A DNA stretch of 64,000 nt from Clostridiales bacterium (GCA_004558115.1 SFDT01000002.1:8263-72262), one strand, 5' to 3'; shown: positions 27,801 to 36,820, counted from the stretch's first letter. Notes: generated by a model from the sequence alone, not told the origin. Translations and numbers: made by a program.

Positions 27801-29816
27801 GATAGCTTTGTCCTGGTTGACTTTGCCGTAAAGTACGAATCCGGTGAATTGACCCCCAGCAGCTTCCCAGTCAGCGGCAAGACAATGGCTTTCCATTGTG
27901 CTTCTGGTGATGCAACGGTTGGTTATATCGGGGATAGCACGTGGTGGTATAATCGCTATCGTAACATTGGCCTGATCCGTGCCGAGGAGACTAGGGATTA
28001 CGAAGTGTACATGATCACCGTCACACCTACCAATGACAGAAATACTAAGCAGGTGGCTGGCAACGCCAATACCGCAACCAGCTATACCTATGGTGGTACG
28101 GAAAAGGTCATTTGGGTGGATGATGAGGCCAATCTCGGTGACTTCGCGGATGAGAGCCTGCATTATACCAGCATTTCCGGCGACATCAGCTATTCCGTGG
28201 GCGGCGACCCCATCGTACCCGGACTGGAGATTTTCAACCGGCACGGTATGCTGGTTACCTACTATGTCCGCGCCAAGGTGACGCCGGATTCTCTGGCGGT
28301 CCATTATATTGACCAGACGGCAAACCAGGAATTCTACTCCTACAACATCGCGGTGGAGTCCGGCACGCTCTTTAATGAGAACATTGGTCTGGCAAATCCC
28401 TGGAAGGGCAACCTGGCCAACGGCTCCGTGACCAACCTCCAGAACAAAACGCAGACCGTTTCCGCGGACCTGTCCACCATGCCCGCCATCGGCGCCCAGT
28501 ACCGGTATAGTGATTATACCTGTGTTCAGGTTGAGCGCAGCGAGGATGGTAAGGATGTGTACCTGTACTATACCTTTAAGAATACCCACTCCTTTGTGGT
28601 CGATTTCGGCCTGCCGCTGAATATCAGGAAAGAGGACCTGAATATCGCTGGTAACTGGACCAGCGCCTCCATTGCAGGTGCGAAATATGGAACAGCAACA
28701 ACGGACTCGGTAACTGGTATTACCTATACACCGACACAGGTTCTGAAGGGTGTTGAAACGCTGCAACTGACCTTAACGGACGATGATGGAAGCGCAGCAA
28801 CGCACACGATTTACATCTATCCCGCCACCACAGTGTATTACGAAGAAGGCTTCATGACCTTCAGTGGATTCTCTGGCGGCAGCAAGGGCACCGGAACGCA
28901 GGCTACCGAAGCCGTTGGCGCCCAAACGAGAAACGTCTATGGCTATGACCCCGCTTATGTCGGAACCGCACATGATAGCCAGGCTACTAGCACTAAGGTA
29001 GACAGCACCGCCTCCTTCTCCTTCACCGGCACGGGCGTGGACATCTATGCCAATTGCAGCACGAATACCGGCACGGTGCTGATCACCGTGAAGAAGGGCA
29101 AAGATGTTGTCAAGATGCTGACGGTGGATACCCACATGCAGGAGGGTACGACCCCTGTTACCGGCAGCAACAAGCAGGCGGTTGAAGCCAAGAACGTTCC
29201 CATTGCCAGCATCGACGGTCTGCCGTATGACAGCTACTCCGTGACGATCAAGCACGTTGCCTCCAAGCTCGGCGCGAATAAGTCTGTGTACCTGGATGGC
29301 TTCCGCGTCCATGGCACTCTTGGCCCGACGCACGATGCCTATAAGGAGGACGGCGAGAATTCCCCCAAGATCGTGGAGCTCCGTGACCTGGTCCTGAAAG
29401 TGCAGCTGAACGCTGACACAAGCAGCAGCGATTTGGCCGCGTACAGAGAGCAGTTGAAGAATCTTGCGGATAGCCAGATTTATAGAGCGGCTGTGATCAG
29501 CACTGGCATCTCTGGTGTTGAGCAGGCTGCTGCGGATACGGCCAGTGTCAAGGATTTGGTAGACAACGGACCCAAGAACGAGGTCTATCTGGCTCCCGGT
29601 GAAACGCTGGTGTTTACCATTGACCGGGCTGCCCAGGTCGGCGTGAAGTGCCTGAACGGCGACAGTGGAAAGATTGAGAGCACAGGCGGTACTGATACTA
29701 CCGTCACCGCCCAGACGGATATGTTCTATGCGGTCGCGGCAGGTACTGTGACGATCACCAATAATGGCAGCGGCACGCTGGCTGTCACCGAACTGAAGTT
29801 CACGTCCAATACTTAA
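24888..29816 (+). CDS. Very large secreted protein with a GH20 beta-N-acetylhexosaminidase (StrH-like) domain and a long beta-rich C-terminal region
   Basis: Signal peptide; HLDAGRKYFS; INTPGHMGAIL; catalytic NIGADEY; AFNDGIYY; AMFCIWCD; Thr-rich Ig-like stretches. Confidence 0.88.
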   Translation: MRRHGLKKGLSLLLVFCMILSLLPMTALAEEISEPSAAVEEQSPASGDTTAVDTGEDQQDEAGTGEASEAGTGEAGTGEAGTGEAAEAGTGETGEAGTGEESKSTIDKITDILGDFLGTISGEKSEEEAAQDEANAKAAELALSKAAAEEAAAQQAAEEAAAKAAAEQLEAELEAVLTVEATKEARDTSDDDFYKVVHLDAGRKYFSVDSIKAIIDTMADAGYNQLELYLSDNQGFRFALDDMTITTSYDTYDLSESLGDGYSDGSKYPDGSDKYLTQDEMDTIIDYAKKNHIEIVPCINTPGHMGAILEKFSDFRYSGSKSSIDLENPEAVAFALAIVKKYADYFAGKGCDFFNIGADEYANDLSSTMGFERLYTAGKYQRFVDYLNAAAQIVINEGMTPRAFNDGIYYKNDTSYSINKAIQVCYWSAQWIGYNVADADIISQKGHTMINTNGSYYWVLGNSSWQCSAEKAAGFDYTLFSGDKTISTAKGAMFCIWCDVGNAASQESVVSATADVITAFGSALPVADSGNGTAEYPYDMTDAKNADVLVGLKLGESCYLTMGAEVVWKTSDPSVLQIEAYEVNTLTANYYAQPGEMDGDTEDDGVTATTVKVTATGIGEATLYAGTEAFDSSVEPEKEKTITVTVGKTAIETVDNANYAGAYTTEDPHIATVQVTGTNSTEPTVTYTRASVRCSALISGDNDNWTAANNYYYTPDGTNYYPVYAKRSREWSWSSFAYVYTYTWGYSTTSSADNVTQIGTQSTTNTSTTPNITVYTKSGTDGTPASTIITFTGVSVGTTYVTIGDTKYTIEVKPVDLSNVTPLTVEFWITNRQVDATVNGRSAQSMSIAATETNIYSANGVLFSSLVPATGTQDGNPMVFWKGTRLASNNTQTTGGGVDKTNAGTDFAYIRYWEDGKGGYCWAYSADRVTWTNVASGDQIVAYYLQKTEVTDEITTQVVDWGVVPSTSYNSDSFVLVDFAVKYESGELTPSSFPVSGKTMAFHCASGDATVGYIGDSTWWYNRYRNIGLIRAEETRDYEVYMITVTPTNDRNTKQVAGNANTATSYTYGGTEKVIWVDDEANLGDFADESLHYTSISGDISYSVGGDPIVPGLEIFNRHGMLVTYYVRAKVTPDSLAVHYIDQTANQEFYSYNIAVESGTLFNENIGLANPWKGNLANGSVTNLQNKTQTVSADLSTMPAIGAQYRYSDYTCVQVERSEDGKDVYLYYTFKNTHSFVVDFGLPLNIRKEDLNIAGNWTSASIAGAKYGTATTDSVTGITYTPTQVLKGVETLQLTLTDDDGSAATHTIYIYPATTVYYEEGFMTFSGFSGGSKGTGTQATEAVGAQTRNVYGYDPAYVGTAHDSQATSTKVDSTASFSFTGTGVDIYANCSTNTGTVLITVKKGKDVVKMLTVDTHMQEGTTPVTGSNKQAVEAKNVPIASIDGLPYDSYSVTIKHVASKLGANKSVYLDGFRVHGTLGPTHDAYKEDGENSPKIVELRDLVLKVQLNADTSSSDLAAYREQLKNLADSQIYRAAVISTGISGVEQAAADTASVKDLVDNGPKNEVYLAPGETLVFTIDRAAQVGVKCLNGDSGKIESTGGTDTTVTAQTDMFYAVAAGTVTITNNGSGTLAVTELKFTSNT
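25068..25188 (+). repeat. In-frame imperfect tandem repeat encoding EAGTG units (15-bp unit GAGGCTGGCACCGGC)
   Basis: Protein EAGTGEASEAGTGEAGTGEAGTGEAAEAGTGETGEAGTGE. Confidence 0.85.
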
Positions 29817-29832
29817 TTACCACACATCACGC

Positions 29833-29880
29833 AAAACCGCCCCGCCGTGGGATTCCACGGCGGGGCGGTCTTTTGTTTTT
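29833..29880. terminator. Bidirectional terminator between the GH20 gene and the racemase
   Basis: AAAACCGCCCCGCCGTGG-GATT-CCACGGCGGGGCGGTCTTTT. Confidence 0.85.
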
Positions 29881-29881
29881 C

Positions 29882-31036
29882 CTACATTTCCCGGTAAACC
29901 CGGGGCACCCGGGGACGGATGTTGCAGGTGATGGCGCTGGGCCCCAGACCCAGGGGCTTGTACAGCCACTGGCAGGGCACCGCTCTGTCGCCGCTGCCTC
30001 CCAGGAGCAGCACCTCGTCTCCCTCGGTGACGCCCGGGCAGTCGGTGATGTCCACCATGAACATGTCCATGCACACCCTGCCCACCACGGGGCAGACCTG
30101 GCCCCGGATGCGGACCCGGCCCAGGTTGGTCAGCTGCCGCAGGTAGCCGTCGGCGTCTCCGGCGGAAACCACCGCCAGCAGCGTGTCCCGCTGGGTGACG
30201 GCCTGGCGGCTGTAACTGACCGCCGTCCCGGCGGGGGCGGGGCGCACCATGGCCACCCGGGCTTTCCAGGTCATGACCGGCCGGAATTCCACGGGCCGCA
30301 GCATGGCGGTGTCCGGCAAAAGGCCGTAGAGCACAGTGCCCACCCGGCACATATCCAGGGCGTATTCCGGGGAATTCACCGTGGCGGGGGAGTTGCAGCA
30401 GTGGCGCAGGCCCAGCTGGATGCCCCGCTCCTCCAGCGCCCGGCACAGGCGCAGGAAGCGGTCAAATTGGGCCTGGGTATAGGCGTCATCCTCCGGCTCA
30501 TGGCTGTAAGAGCTGGAAAAGTGGGTGAAAATACCGCTCACCCGCAGCCCCGGCGTCCGGTATGCCGACGCCGCGTCCTCCACAGCGGCGGAAAAGGCGT
30601 CTCCGCAGCACAGGTAGCCGATGCGGGTCATGCCGGTATCCAGCTTCAGGTGGCAGGGGACGGTGACGCCGGCCTCCGCAGCGCAGGCGGCCAGCCGGGC
30701 GGTGTATGCGGGCGAGAGCAGCGTTTGGGTGATGTTTTCCGCTGCCAGCAGCGGTGCCGCCTCCGGCGGCGTGTGCCCCAGGATGAGGATCTCCTGGCGA
30801 ATACCCGCTTGCCGCAACTCCAGCGCCTCGGACAGGCAGGCTACCCCGATCCAATCCTCCGGGAACAGCCGCTCCAGGACGCGGGCCGTGGGAACGGCGC
30901 CGTGGCCGTAAGCGTTGGCTTTCAGAATATTCATCAGGCGGCAGCCGGGCGGGAGCAGCTGGTGCAGTGTGCGGCAATTGGCGGCCAGGGCATCCAGATC
31001 GATCTCCACCCAGCAGCGGCTAGTGGTCAGGTCCAT
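29882..31036 (-). CDS. alr: Alanine-racemase-family PLP enzyme (divergent paralogue)
   Basis: WVEIDLDAL; NILKANAYGHG; HLKLDTGMTRIG; GIFTHFS; VSY; VGRVCMDMFMVD; ATG at 31036 after AAGGAG. Confidence 0.85.
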   Translation of the reverse strand: MDLTTSRCWVEIDLDALAANCRTLHQLLPPGCRLMNILKANAYGHGAVPTARVLERLFPEDWIGVACLSEALELRQAGIRQEILILGHTPPEAAPLLAAENITQTLLSPAYTARLAACAAEAGVTVPCHLKLDTGMTRIGYLCCGDAFSAAVEDAASAYRTPGLRVSGIFTHFSSSYSHEPEDDAYTQAQFDRFLRLCRALEERGIQLGLRHCCNSPATVNSPEYALDMCRVGTVLYGLLPDTAMLRPVEFRPVMTWKARVAMVRPAPAGTAVSYSRQAVTQRDTLLAVVSAGDADGYLRQLTNLGRVRIRGQVCPVVGRVCMDMFMVDITDCPGVTEGDEVLLLGGSGDRAVPCQWLYKPLGLGPSAITCNIRPRVPRVYREM

Positions 31037-31131
31037 GAGAAAGCTCCTTTCTTCCGAATATGGCAGCTGCCGGCCAACCACTGTTGTGGCGGCCGGCAGC
31101 TGTCGAGGGGTGAGAAGAGAGAGGTGGATGT

Positions 31132-32496
31132 TTACTTCAGAGCGATGACTTCGTCGTTTTCGTCGTACATCTTGATGCCTTCCTTCTCCTCCTTGGTCTT
31201 CAGCAGGCCAAACTGGATGGTGCAGATGGCAACGATAGCCAGGATGAAGCAGTAGAAGTTGGCACCGATGACAGAGAAGGGAGACAGGCCGGTCAGAGAG
31301 ATGCACAGCAGGACCTGGCCGCCGTGGGGGATGATACCCTGAACGACGCAGGAGAAGATGTCCAGCAGGGAGGCAACGCGCTTAGGAGCCACGTTGTGGT
31401 CGGCAACCACCTTGCGGACCAGGGGAGCGGCCATCATGATGGCGATGGTGTTGTTGGCCATAGCAGCGTCAAACACAGACACCATGCCGGCAGTCATGTA
31501 CTCAGCGCCCTTGCGGGACTTGACACTGGCGTGCATTTTCTTTACCAGCCAGTCAACGGCGCCCAATTCCTCCGCGACACCGCCGACGCCGCGCAGCAGC
31601 AGGGCGATCAGGCAGATGTCATACATGCCGCTCATGCCGCTGCCCATGGCCTGGGCAAAACCGGGGACATCGAAGGAACCGGTGCCGAAGCCGATGGCAC
31701 CAGCCACACCGATACCAGCCAGCAGCAGAACGAACACGTTGCAGCCGGTCAGAGCGAATACCAGGATGAAGATGTAGGGAACGACCTTAATAATGTCATA
31801 GGTGAAGTCACCGGTCAGTTCGGCGGCGCTGCCCACGATGGTGTAGACGATCATGGCCAGAACAGCGGCGACAGCGGCAATGAGGCCGTTCATCTTGAAC
31901 TTGTCCCGCATCTCGCAGCCGCAGCCGCGGGTGGCGGCGATGGTGGTGTCGGAGATCATGGACAGGTTGTCGCCGAACATGGCGCCGCCCAGGACGGTGC
32001 CGATGGCGAAAGCCATGTTCAGGTTCGCACTTTCAGCAACGGCCACGGCGATGGGGCCCACAGCGGAAATGGTGCCCATGGAAGTGCCCATAGCGGTGGC
32101 CATGAACGCAGAGATCAGGAACAGGCCGGCAAACAGGAACTGGGTGGGAACGAGGCTCAGGCCCAGATTTGCGGTGGCCTGCACGCCGCCCATAGCCTTG
32201 GCAACACCGGAGAAAGCGCCGGCCAGCAGGAAGACCATGATCATGATCATGGTGCCCTGGTTGCTCATGCCCTTGCAGAAGGTGTCCATCCGGAATTCCA
32301 GACTGCGTTCCTTGCCGCCCATGACCATGCACACCAGCAGGGCGCCCACCAGAGCGGCCATACGGGGGATCTGCTTGAAGGAGTCACCGCCATAGCCCAT
32401 GGCGGTAAAGATCAGGCCGCCGCCCAGGTAGATGGCCAGGAATGTCAGCAGGGGTAAAAAGCCTTTCCAACCGTAATCTTTTTTCTTGTTTTCCAC
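31132..32496 (-). CDS. NhaC-family transporter (amino-acid/methionine transporter-like)
   Basis: Multi-TM; TAMGTSMGT; GGAMFGDNLSMISDTTIAATR; GIIPHGGQ; GTG start at 32496 (alternative ATG 32520). Confidence 0.88.
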   Translation of the reverse strand: MENKKKDYGWKGFLPLLTFLAIYLGGGLIFTAMGYGGDSFKQIPRMAALVGALLVCMVMGGKERSLEFRMDTFCKGMSNQGTMIMIMVFLLAGAFSGVAKAMGGVQATANLGLSLVPTQFLFAGLFLISAFMATAMGTSMGTISAVGPIAVAVAESANLNMAFAIGTVLGGAMFGDNLSMISDTTIAATRGCGCEMRDKFKMNGLIAAVAAVLAMIVYTIVGSAAELTGDFTYDIIKVVPYIFILVFALTGCNVFVLLLAGIGVAGAIGFGTGSFDVPGFAQAMGSGMSGMYDICLIALLLRGVGGVAEELGAVDWLVKKMHASVKSRKGAEYMTAGMVSVFDAAMANNTIAIMMAAPLVRKVVADHNVAPKRVASLLDIFSCVVQGIIPHGGQVLLCISLTGLSPFSVIGANFYCFILAIVAICTIQFGLLKTKEEKEGIKMYDENDEVIALK

Positions 32497-32565
32497 GGAT
32501 ATTCGCTTCCTTTCTCTCATATAAATCCAAGAGCCTACAGGGGACGTCTGCGGGGGGAACGAGGG

Positions 32566-33789
32566 TCAGATCTTGGCAAACGCCTGCTCGAAGTCGTTGA
32601 TGAGGTCCTTGGCGGACTCCAGGCCGACAGACAGGCGGACCAAACCATCGGTGATGCCGGCAGCCAGACGGTCAGCGGGGGAGACACCGGCGTGGGTCAT
32701 GCTGGCGGGGTGCTCAATGAGGGTATCGGGATCGCCCAGAGAAACGGCGATGGCGGGGATGGTCAGGTTGTTCAGCAGCTTCTTGCCAGCCTCAAAGCTG
32801 CTCAGGCCCTTCACATCGTCCTTCAGCTCGAAGCTCAGAATGCCGCCAAAGAGGCCGTTTTCCATCTGCTTGCAGGCCAGCTCATGGCTGGGGCTGCTCT
32901 CCAGGCCGGGATAATAGACGGCCTTAACGTAAGGATTGGTCTCCAGGTACTTGGCGATGGCCATGGCGTTCTGGCAGTGGCGCTCCACGCGCAGAGCCAG
33001 GGTCTTCATGCCGCGCAGGACCAGGTAGCTGTTGAAGGGAGCGGGCGGGCAGCCGTTGATCTTGGTCATGCAGTTCATGCGGATCTGGTTCATATCGGCG
33101 GCGGTGCCCACCACAACGCCGCCCAGGGCGTCACCGTGGCCGTTGATGTACTTGGTGATGGAGTGCAGGACGATGTCAGCGCCCAGCTTCAGCACATACT
33201 GGATGGGAGGCGGTGCGAAGGTGCCGTCCACCACCACACGGATGTCGGGGCCGGCAACGGCCTTGACAGCCGCTACGTCGGTGACCTTGATCATGGGGTT
33301 GTTGGGAGTCTCGAAATAGATGATCTTGGTGTTGGGCTTGATGGCCGCTTTCAGAGCCTCCAGATCAGAGGTATCCACACGGGAGACCTCAATGCCCAGG
33401 TCAGGCAGGTTGGTGGTGGCCACATAGTTGGTGCCGCCGTAAACGGAGTTATCAAAAATAATATGGTCGCCGGTCTTCAGGAAGGCCAGCAGCACAGAAC
33501 CCACGGCGCCCATGCCGGAGGCGGTGGCCACGGCGTCCTCGCCGCCTTCCATAGCTGCGCATTTCAGCTCAAAGGCCCGGGTAGTGGGGTTGCCGCTGCG
33601 GGAATAGACGGGATGATAGCCGGGGATCTGCTTGGCAAACTTGGCAGCGCCTTCTTCCACGGTATCAAAGCAGAAAGTGGAGGTCTGGTAAATGGGAGTA
33701 GCCAGCGCACCGTAAGCACTGTCCGGACCCTGGCCCGCATGGATGATCATAGTCTCGAAATCAACAGCGTTCAAATCGATCTTGCTCAT
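32566..33789 (-). CDS. megL: Methionine gamma-lyase-like trans-sulfuration-family PLP enzyme
   Basis: PIYQTSTF; YSRSGNPT; ASGMGA; FETPNNP; HSITKYINGHGD; AVSLGDPDTLIEHPASMTH; RLSVGLE. Confidence 0.85.
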   Translation of the reverse strand: MSKIDLNAVDFETMIIHAGQGPDSAYGALATPIYQTSTFCFDTVEEGAAKFAKQIPGYHPVYSRSGNPTTRAFELKCAAMEGGEDAVATASGMGAVGSVLLAFLKTGDHIIFDNSVYGGTNYVATTNLPDLGIEVSRVDTSDLEALKAAIKPNTKIIYFETPNNPMIKVTDVAAVKAVAGPDIRVVVDGTFAPPPIQYVLKLGADIVLHSITKYINGHGDALGGVVVGTAADMNQIRMNCMTKINGCPPAPFNSYLVLRGMKTLALRVERHCQNAMAIAKYLETNPYVKAVYYPGLESSPSHELACKQMENGLFGGILSFELKDDVKGLSSFEAGKKLLNNLTIPAIAVSLGDPDTLIEHPASMTHAGVSPADRLAAGITDGLVRLSVGLESAKDLINDFEQAFAKI

Positions 33790-33817
33790 TTTAATTACCT
33801 CCTAAAAATTTAAAATA

Positions 33818-33836
33818 ACATCAGATGTCTTACGTC
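33818..33836. promoter_or_regulatory. Putative GntR/FadR-type operator, copy 1 (between the megL promoter and start)
   Basis: ACATCAGATGTCTTACGTC with palindromic core ACATC-A-GATGT; 18/19 identical to 38559-38577. Confidence 0.75.
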
Positions 33837-33847
33837 TTATTACCATC

Positions 33848-33876
33848 AGTTTAAAGCAGATGCCGTTTTTTGTCAA
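33848..33876 (-). promoter_or_regulatory. Sigma70/A promoter of the megL-nhaC-alr operon
   Basis: Minus strand TTGACA-17bp-TAAACT. Confidence 0.7.
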
Positions 33877-33943
33877 CTACGGGTACTGCCAAAGAAAAAA
33901 CGGGGTTTTTGTATAAAAAATACACAAAACATACAATAGGAGG

Positions 33944-35113
33944 TCAGATGACAGGGCCCATGCAGTAAATATCCATAGACTTGCTGTAATAGATGCTCTC
34001 GCCCTTGCACTGTTCACCGGAAAGGGTACGCAGCAGCTTCTGATACAATACCTCGCCGACTTCCTCAATGCTGCTCTTGCCCTGAATGATGAGACCGGCG
34101 TTCAGGTCCATGTCGTTGGACATGCGCTCGTAGGTGTTGGGGTTGCCGCAGATCTTGATGACCGGCAGGATGGGGAAGCCCTGGGGAGCGCCGCGGCCGG
34201 TGGAGAAGGTGATGCACTGGGCGCCGCCGGCGGCCATACCGGTCAGGATCTCGATCTCCCGGCCCGGGGTGTCCTTGATCCAGAGACCGCCCTTGCCGGC
34301 GCTCATCTCCGGATATTCCAGCACGCCCTCGATGGTCCGGGAACCGGATTTCATAATGGCGCCCAGGGACTTTTCTTCAATGGTGGTGAGACCGCCGGCG
34401 ATATTGCCGGGAGTAGGCTGGCCCTTCCGCATGTCACAGCCCAGGGACTTGGCCCGGGTCTCCATGGCGTCCACCAGCTTGAGAATTTTTTCACCGACCT
34501 CCGGGGTACGGGCCCGCCGGGCCAGAATGTGCTCCGCGCCGATAAACTCCGTCACCTCGCCGAACATGACGGTGCCGCCCTGGTCCACGATCTTGTCCGC
34601 CACGTAGCCGATGGCGCAGTTGCTGGCAAGGCCGGAGGTGGCATCGGAGCCGCCGCATTTAATGCCCATGACGAAATGGGTCAGGTCAAAGGGCTCACGC
34701 TGGAGGCCGGAAATAGCCATGGAGAGCCGCTGTGCCTTTTTGATGCCTTCGGCGATGGCGTTTGCGGTGCCGCCGATCTCCTGGATGCGGACGATGTCAT
34801 AGGGCTTGCCGCTTTTGGCCACAGCCTCCAGCAGCCGGTCCACATCGGTGCCCTCGCAGCCCAGACTGACCACCAGCACGGCGCCGGCGTTGGGATGGCA
34901 GGCCAAGGAGATGAGAGTATCCGTCACTCGCTCCAGGTCAGGGGGCAGCTGACAGCAGCCCTGGTGGTGCAGCAGCGGACGGCAATTCATGACCTGGTTG
35001 CTGATGGCCTCCGCCACCTCGTTGGCGCAGACGACACTGGGGACCACCGCCACGTAATTCCGGGAACCCACTTTGCCGTCGGGACGCATATAACCGAAAA
35101 ACATATCTGCCAT
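33944..35113 (-). CDS. UxaA/GarD/SuyB-family dehydratase or lyase, large subunit
   Basis: GYMRPDGKVGSRNY; SVVCAN; HHQGC; VSLGCE; KCGGSDATSG; GNIAGGLTTIEEKSLG; FSTGRG. Confidence 0.9.
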   Translation of the reverse strand: MADMFFGYMRPDGKVGSRNYVAVVPSVVCANEVAEAISNQVMNCRPLLHHQGCCQLPPDLERVTDTLISLACHPNAGAVLVVSLGCEGTDVDRLLEAVAKSGKPYDIVRIQEIGGTANAIAEGIKKAQRLSMAISGLQREPFDLTHFVMGIKCGGSDATSGLASNCAIGYVADKIVDQGGTVMFGEVTEFIGAEHILARRARTPEVGEKILKLVDAMETRAKSLGCDMRKGQPTPGNIAGGLTTIEEKSLGAIMKSGSRTIEGVLEYPEMSAGKGGLWIKDTPGREIEILTGMAAGGAQCITFSTGRGAPQGFPILPVIKICGNPNTYERMSNDMDLNAGLIIQGKSSIEEVGEVLYQKLLRTLSGEQCKGESIYYSKSMDIYCMGPVI

Positions 35114-35117
35114 ATTC

Positions 35118-35420
35118 TTACTCCTTCCAGTCGCCGCGGGCCCGCGCACTGTCCAGGTTGTGGACATGGACGTAATCGCCCCGCTGAATATCCTTGGTGG
35201 CAATGCCGATGGATTCGCCGTACTTCAAGACGGTGCCGCCGCTGGGAATGTCCCGCAGCGCGATCTTGTGGCCGTAGGGAATGGCCTCGTGGACAGGAAT
35301 GGACTCCATGCTGCCGTCCCGGGCCATGACCTCCACCACATCACCGGCGGATACTTCGGCGAAAATGGAAGCCACGTTGTCGGTGGGCTGTACCTGGACT
35401 GCGAGTTTTCGCTCCTGCAT
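35118..35420 (-). CDS. SAF-domain small subunit of a UxaA/SuyA-type enzyme
   Basis: DNVA; IPYGHKIALRDI; VLKYGESIG; GDYVHVHNL. Confidence 0.9.
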   Translation of the reverse strand: MQERKLAVQVQPTDNVASIFAEVSAGDVVEVMARDGSMESIPVHEAIPYGHKIALRDIPSGGTVLKYGESIGIATKDIQRGDYVHVHNLDSARARGDWKE

Positions 35421-35437
35421 AGTGATATTTCCTCCTT

Positions 35438-36709
35438 TTATGATCTTACGATAACGGACACGCCGTCCGGAATGACTGTGACGGACGCGTCGGGTCCTTT
35501 CAGCCGGAACGCCATTTCCAGCGCCTGGTCAAAGCTGGCGGCTGCCAGGAAGCCCATGGCTTCCAGCTCCCGGGGGTCCATGTGCTGAGTGACGATGATG
35601 ATGGGATGCTGGAGCAGCAATCTTGCGTAGATTTGGGCGCACCACTGCTCGGGGATGGATTCCTTGGGCGGAATGGCTTCAATGGTGTCCTTGATGACCT
35701 GGGGAGAGCCCAGGCGCATGAGCTTTTCAAAGTTGGTGCCGCCGACGCCATCGCACAAAGACGCGCCCAGGATCAAAACGCCGTCCTCTCCGGCGCAGGC
35801 GGCGGCGGTGGATACGCCCTTGGGCGTCTGGTACAGGTTCTGGTCCAGGGGATAGCCGCTGTTGGTAGTGATGACGATGTCGCTGGTCACCTTGTCCACG
35901 CCGCACATATCGGATACAAAGGCGCAGCCACGGGCATGGGCCTGGATGCAGTCACCGGCAAAGGCGGCGACGATGTGCTTTTCCGCATCCATGGCCACAT
36001 TGAGGATGAAGGCCAGGCCAACCTTGCGGGCCGCGTAGGCCATATCCTCGTGGATGGGGTTTCCGTGCAGGACGCCGGTGGTGGCCATGGGGCTGGCAAT
36101 GGCCCTGGCGGAGTGGTTTTCATTGACGGTCTCCTGGGAGCAGATGCCCGGCAGGATGCTCTTGCGGCCGCCGCTGAAGCCAGCAAAGAAATGAGGCTCA
36201 ATAAAGCCCTCGGAAACGATCAGGTCGCTCTCCAGCGCCAGACGGTTGACGCTGAGTCCCGCGCCGGAGGGCAGCTGGCAGACATAACGCATCTCCTCCG
36301 GCTGGAAGGCGTTGTGGACCACGATCCGCTCACGGGCCACGATATCGGGACCGAAGCGGTCCAGCAGTTCCTCCTGGGTGGTGGGGCGGTGAAGGCCGGT
36401 GGCGATCAGAATGGTGATGGAGGCATCCGGCTGACCCTTGCGGATCTCCTCCAGCAAAATGGGCATGGTGATGCCGGAGGGCATACTGCGGGTGTGGTCC
36501 GAGGTGATGACCAAGATATTCTGCTTGCCCTGCGCCAGAGCGGACAGGGGCGGCGTCCCGATGGGGGCTGCCAGGGCGTCGCGGACGATGTCGGCTTCCG
36601 AACGGTCCGAATGGAATTCCTCCGCATGGTTCACCAGAACGTGCTTTAGATTTTTGTCAGGTACGTGCAGCGGCAAAGTACCTTTGTAATAAGGAAGTTG
36701 AAAGTCCAT
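35438..36709 (-). CDS. LarA-superfamily nickel-pincer-dependent racemase/epimerase
   Basis: SDHTRSMP; IATGLHR; FIEPHFFAGFSGGRKSILPG; GYPLDQNLYQ..KG; EQW. Confidence 0.92.
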   Translation of the reverse strand: MDFQLPYYKGTLPLHVPDKNLKHVLVNHAEEFHSDRSEADIVRDALAAPIGTPPLSALAQGKQNILVITSDHTRSMPSGITMPILLEEIRKGQPDASITILIATGLHRPTTQEELLDRFGPDIVARERIVVHNAFQPEEMRYVCQLPSGAGLSVNRLALESDLIVSEGFIEPHFFAGFSGGRKSILPGICSQETVNENHSARAIASPMATTGVLHGNPIHEDMAYAARKVGLAFILNVAMDAEKHIVAAFAGDCIQAHARGCAFVSDMCGVDKVTSDIVITTNSGYPLDQNLYQTPKGVSTAAACAGEDGVLILGASLCDGVGGTNFEKLMRLGSPQVIKDTIEAIPPKESIPEQWCAQIYARLLLQHPIIIVTQHMDPRELEAMGFLAAASFDQALEMAFRLKGPDASVTVIPDGVSVIVRS

Positions 36710-36728
36710 AGGTGCCTCCTTTTCAAAA

Positions 36729-36782
36729 TGTATTTATTTTGTCTTTTAAATACATGGTACGCTTTTGGGCTGTTTCGGTCAA
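36729..36782 (-). promoter_or_regulatory. larA-uxaA promoter with overlapping inverted repeat
   Basis: Minus strand TTGACC-17bp-TACCAT (36782-36754); inverted repeat TGTATTTA-10bp-TAAATACA at 36729-36754. Confidence 0.55.
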
Positions 36783-36820
36783 TTGACAAAACAGGGAAAG
36801 TTCTCCGGACGTTCTTGTAT

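Noticed and set aside
24615..28766. 1383-aa minus-strand ORF and other long antisense ORFs (18956-21355, 55233-58079, 9256-11268, 46742-48598)
   Set aside because: Shadow frames of well-supported genes in high-GC DNA; no motifs or RBS support
31061..31103. Hairpin between nhaC and alr
   Set aside because: GC-rich stem lacking a clear T-tract on the coding strand; likely an mRNA stability element, function not supportable
33790..33943. SAM or T-box riboswitch upstream of megL
   Set aside because: The leader is only about 50 nt with no riboswitch consensus; a protein operator fits better
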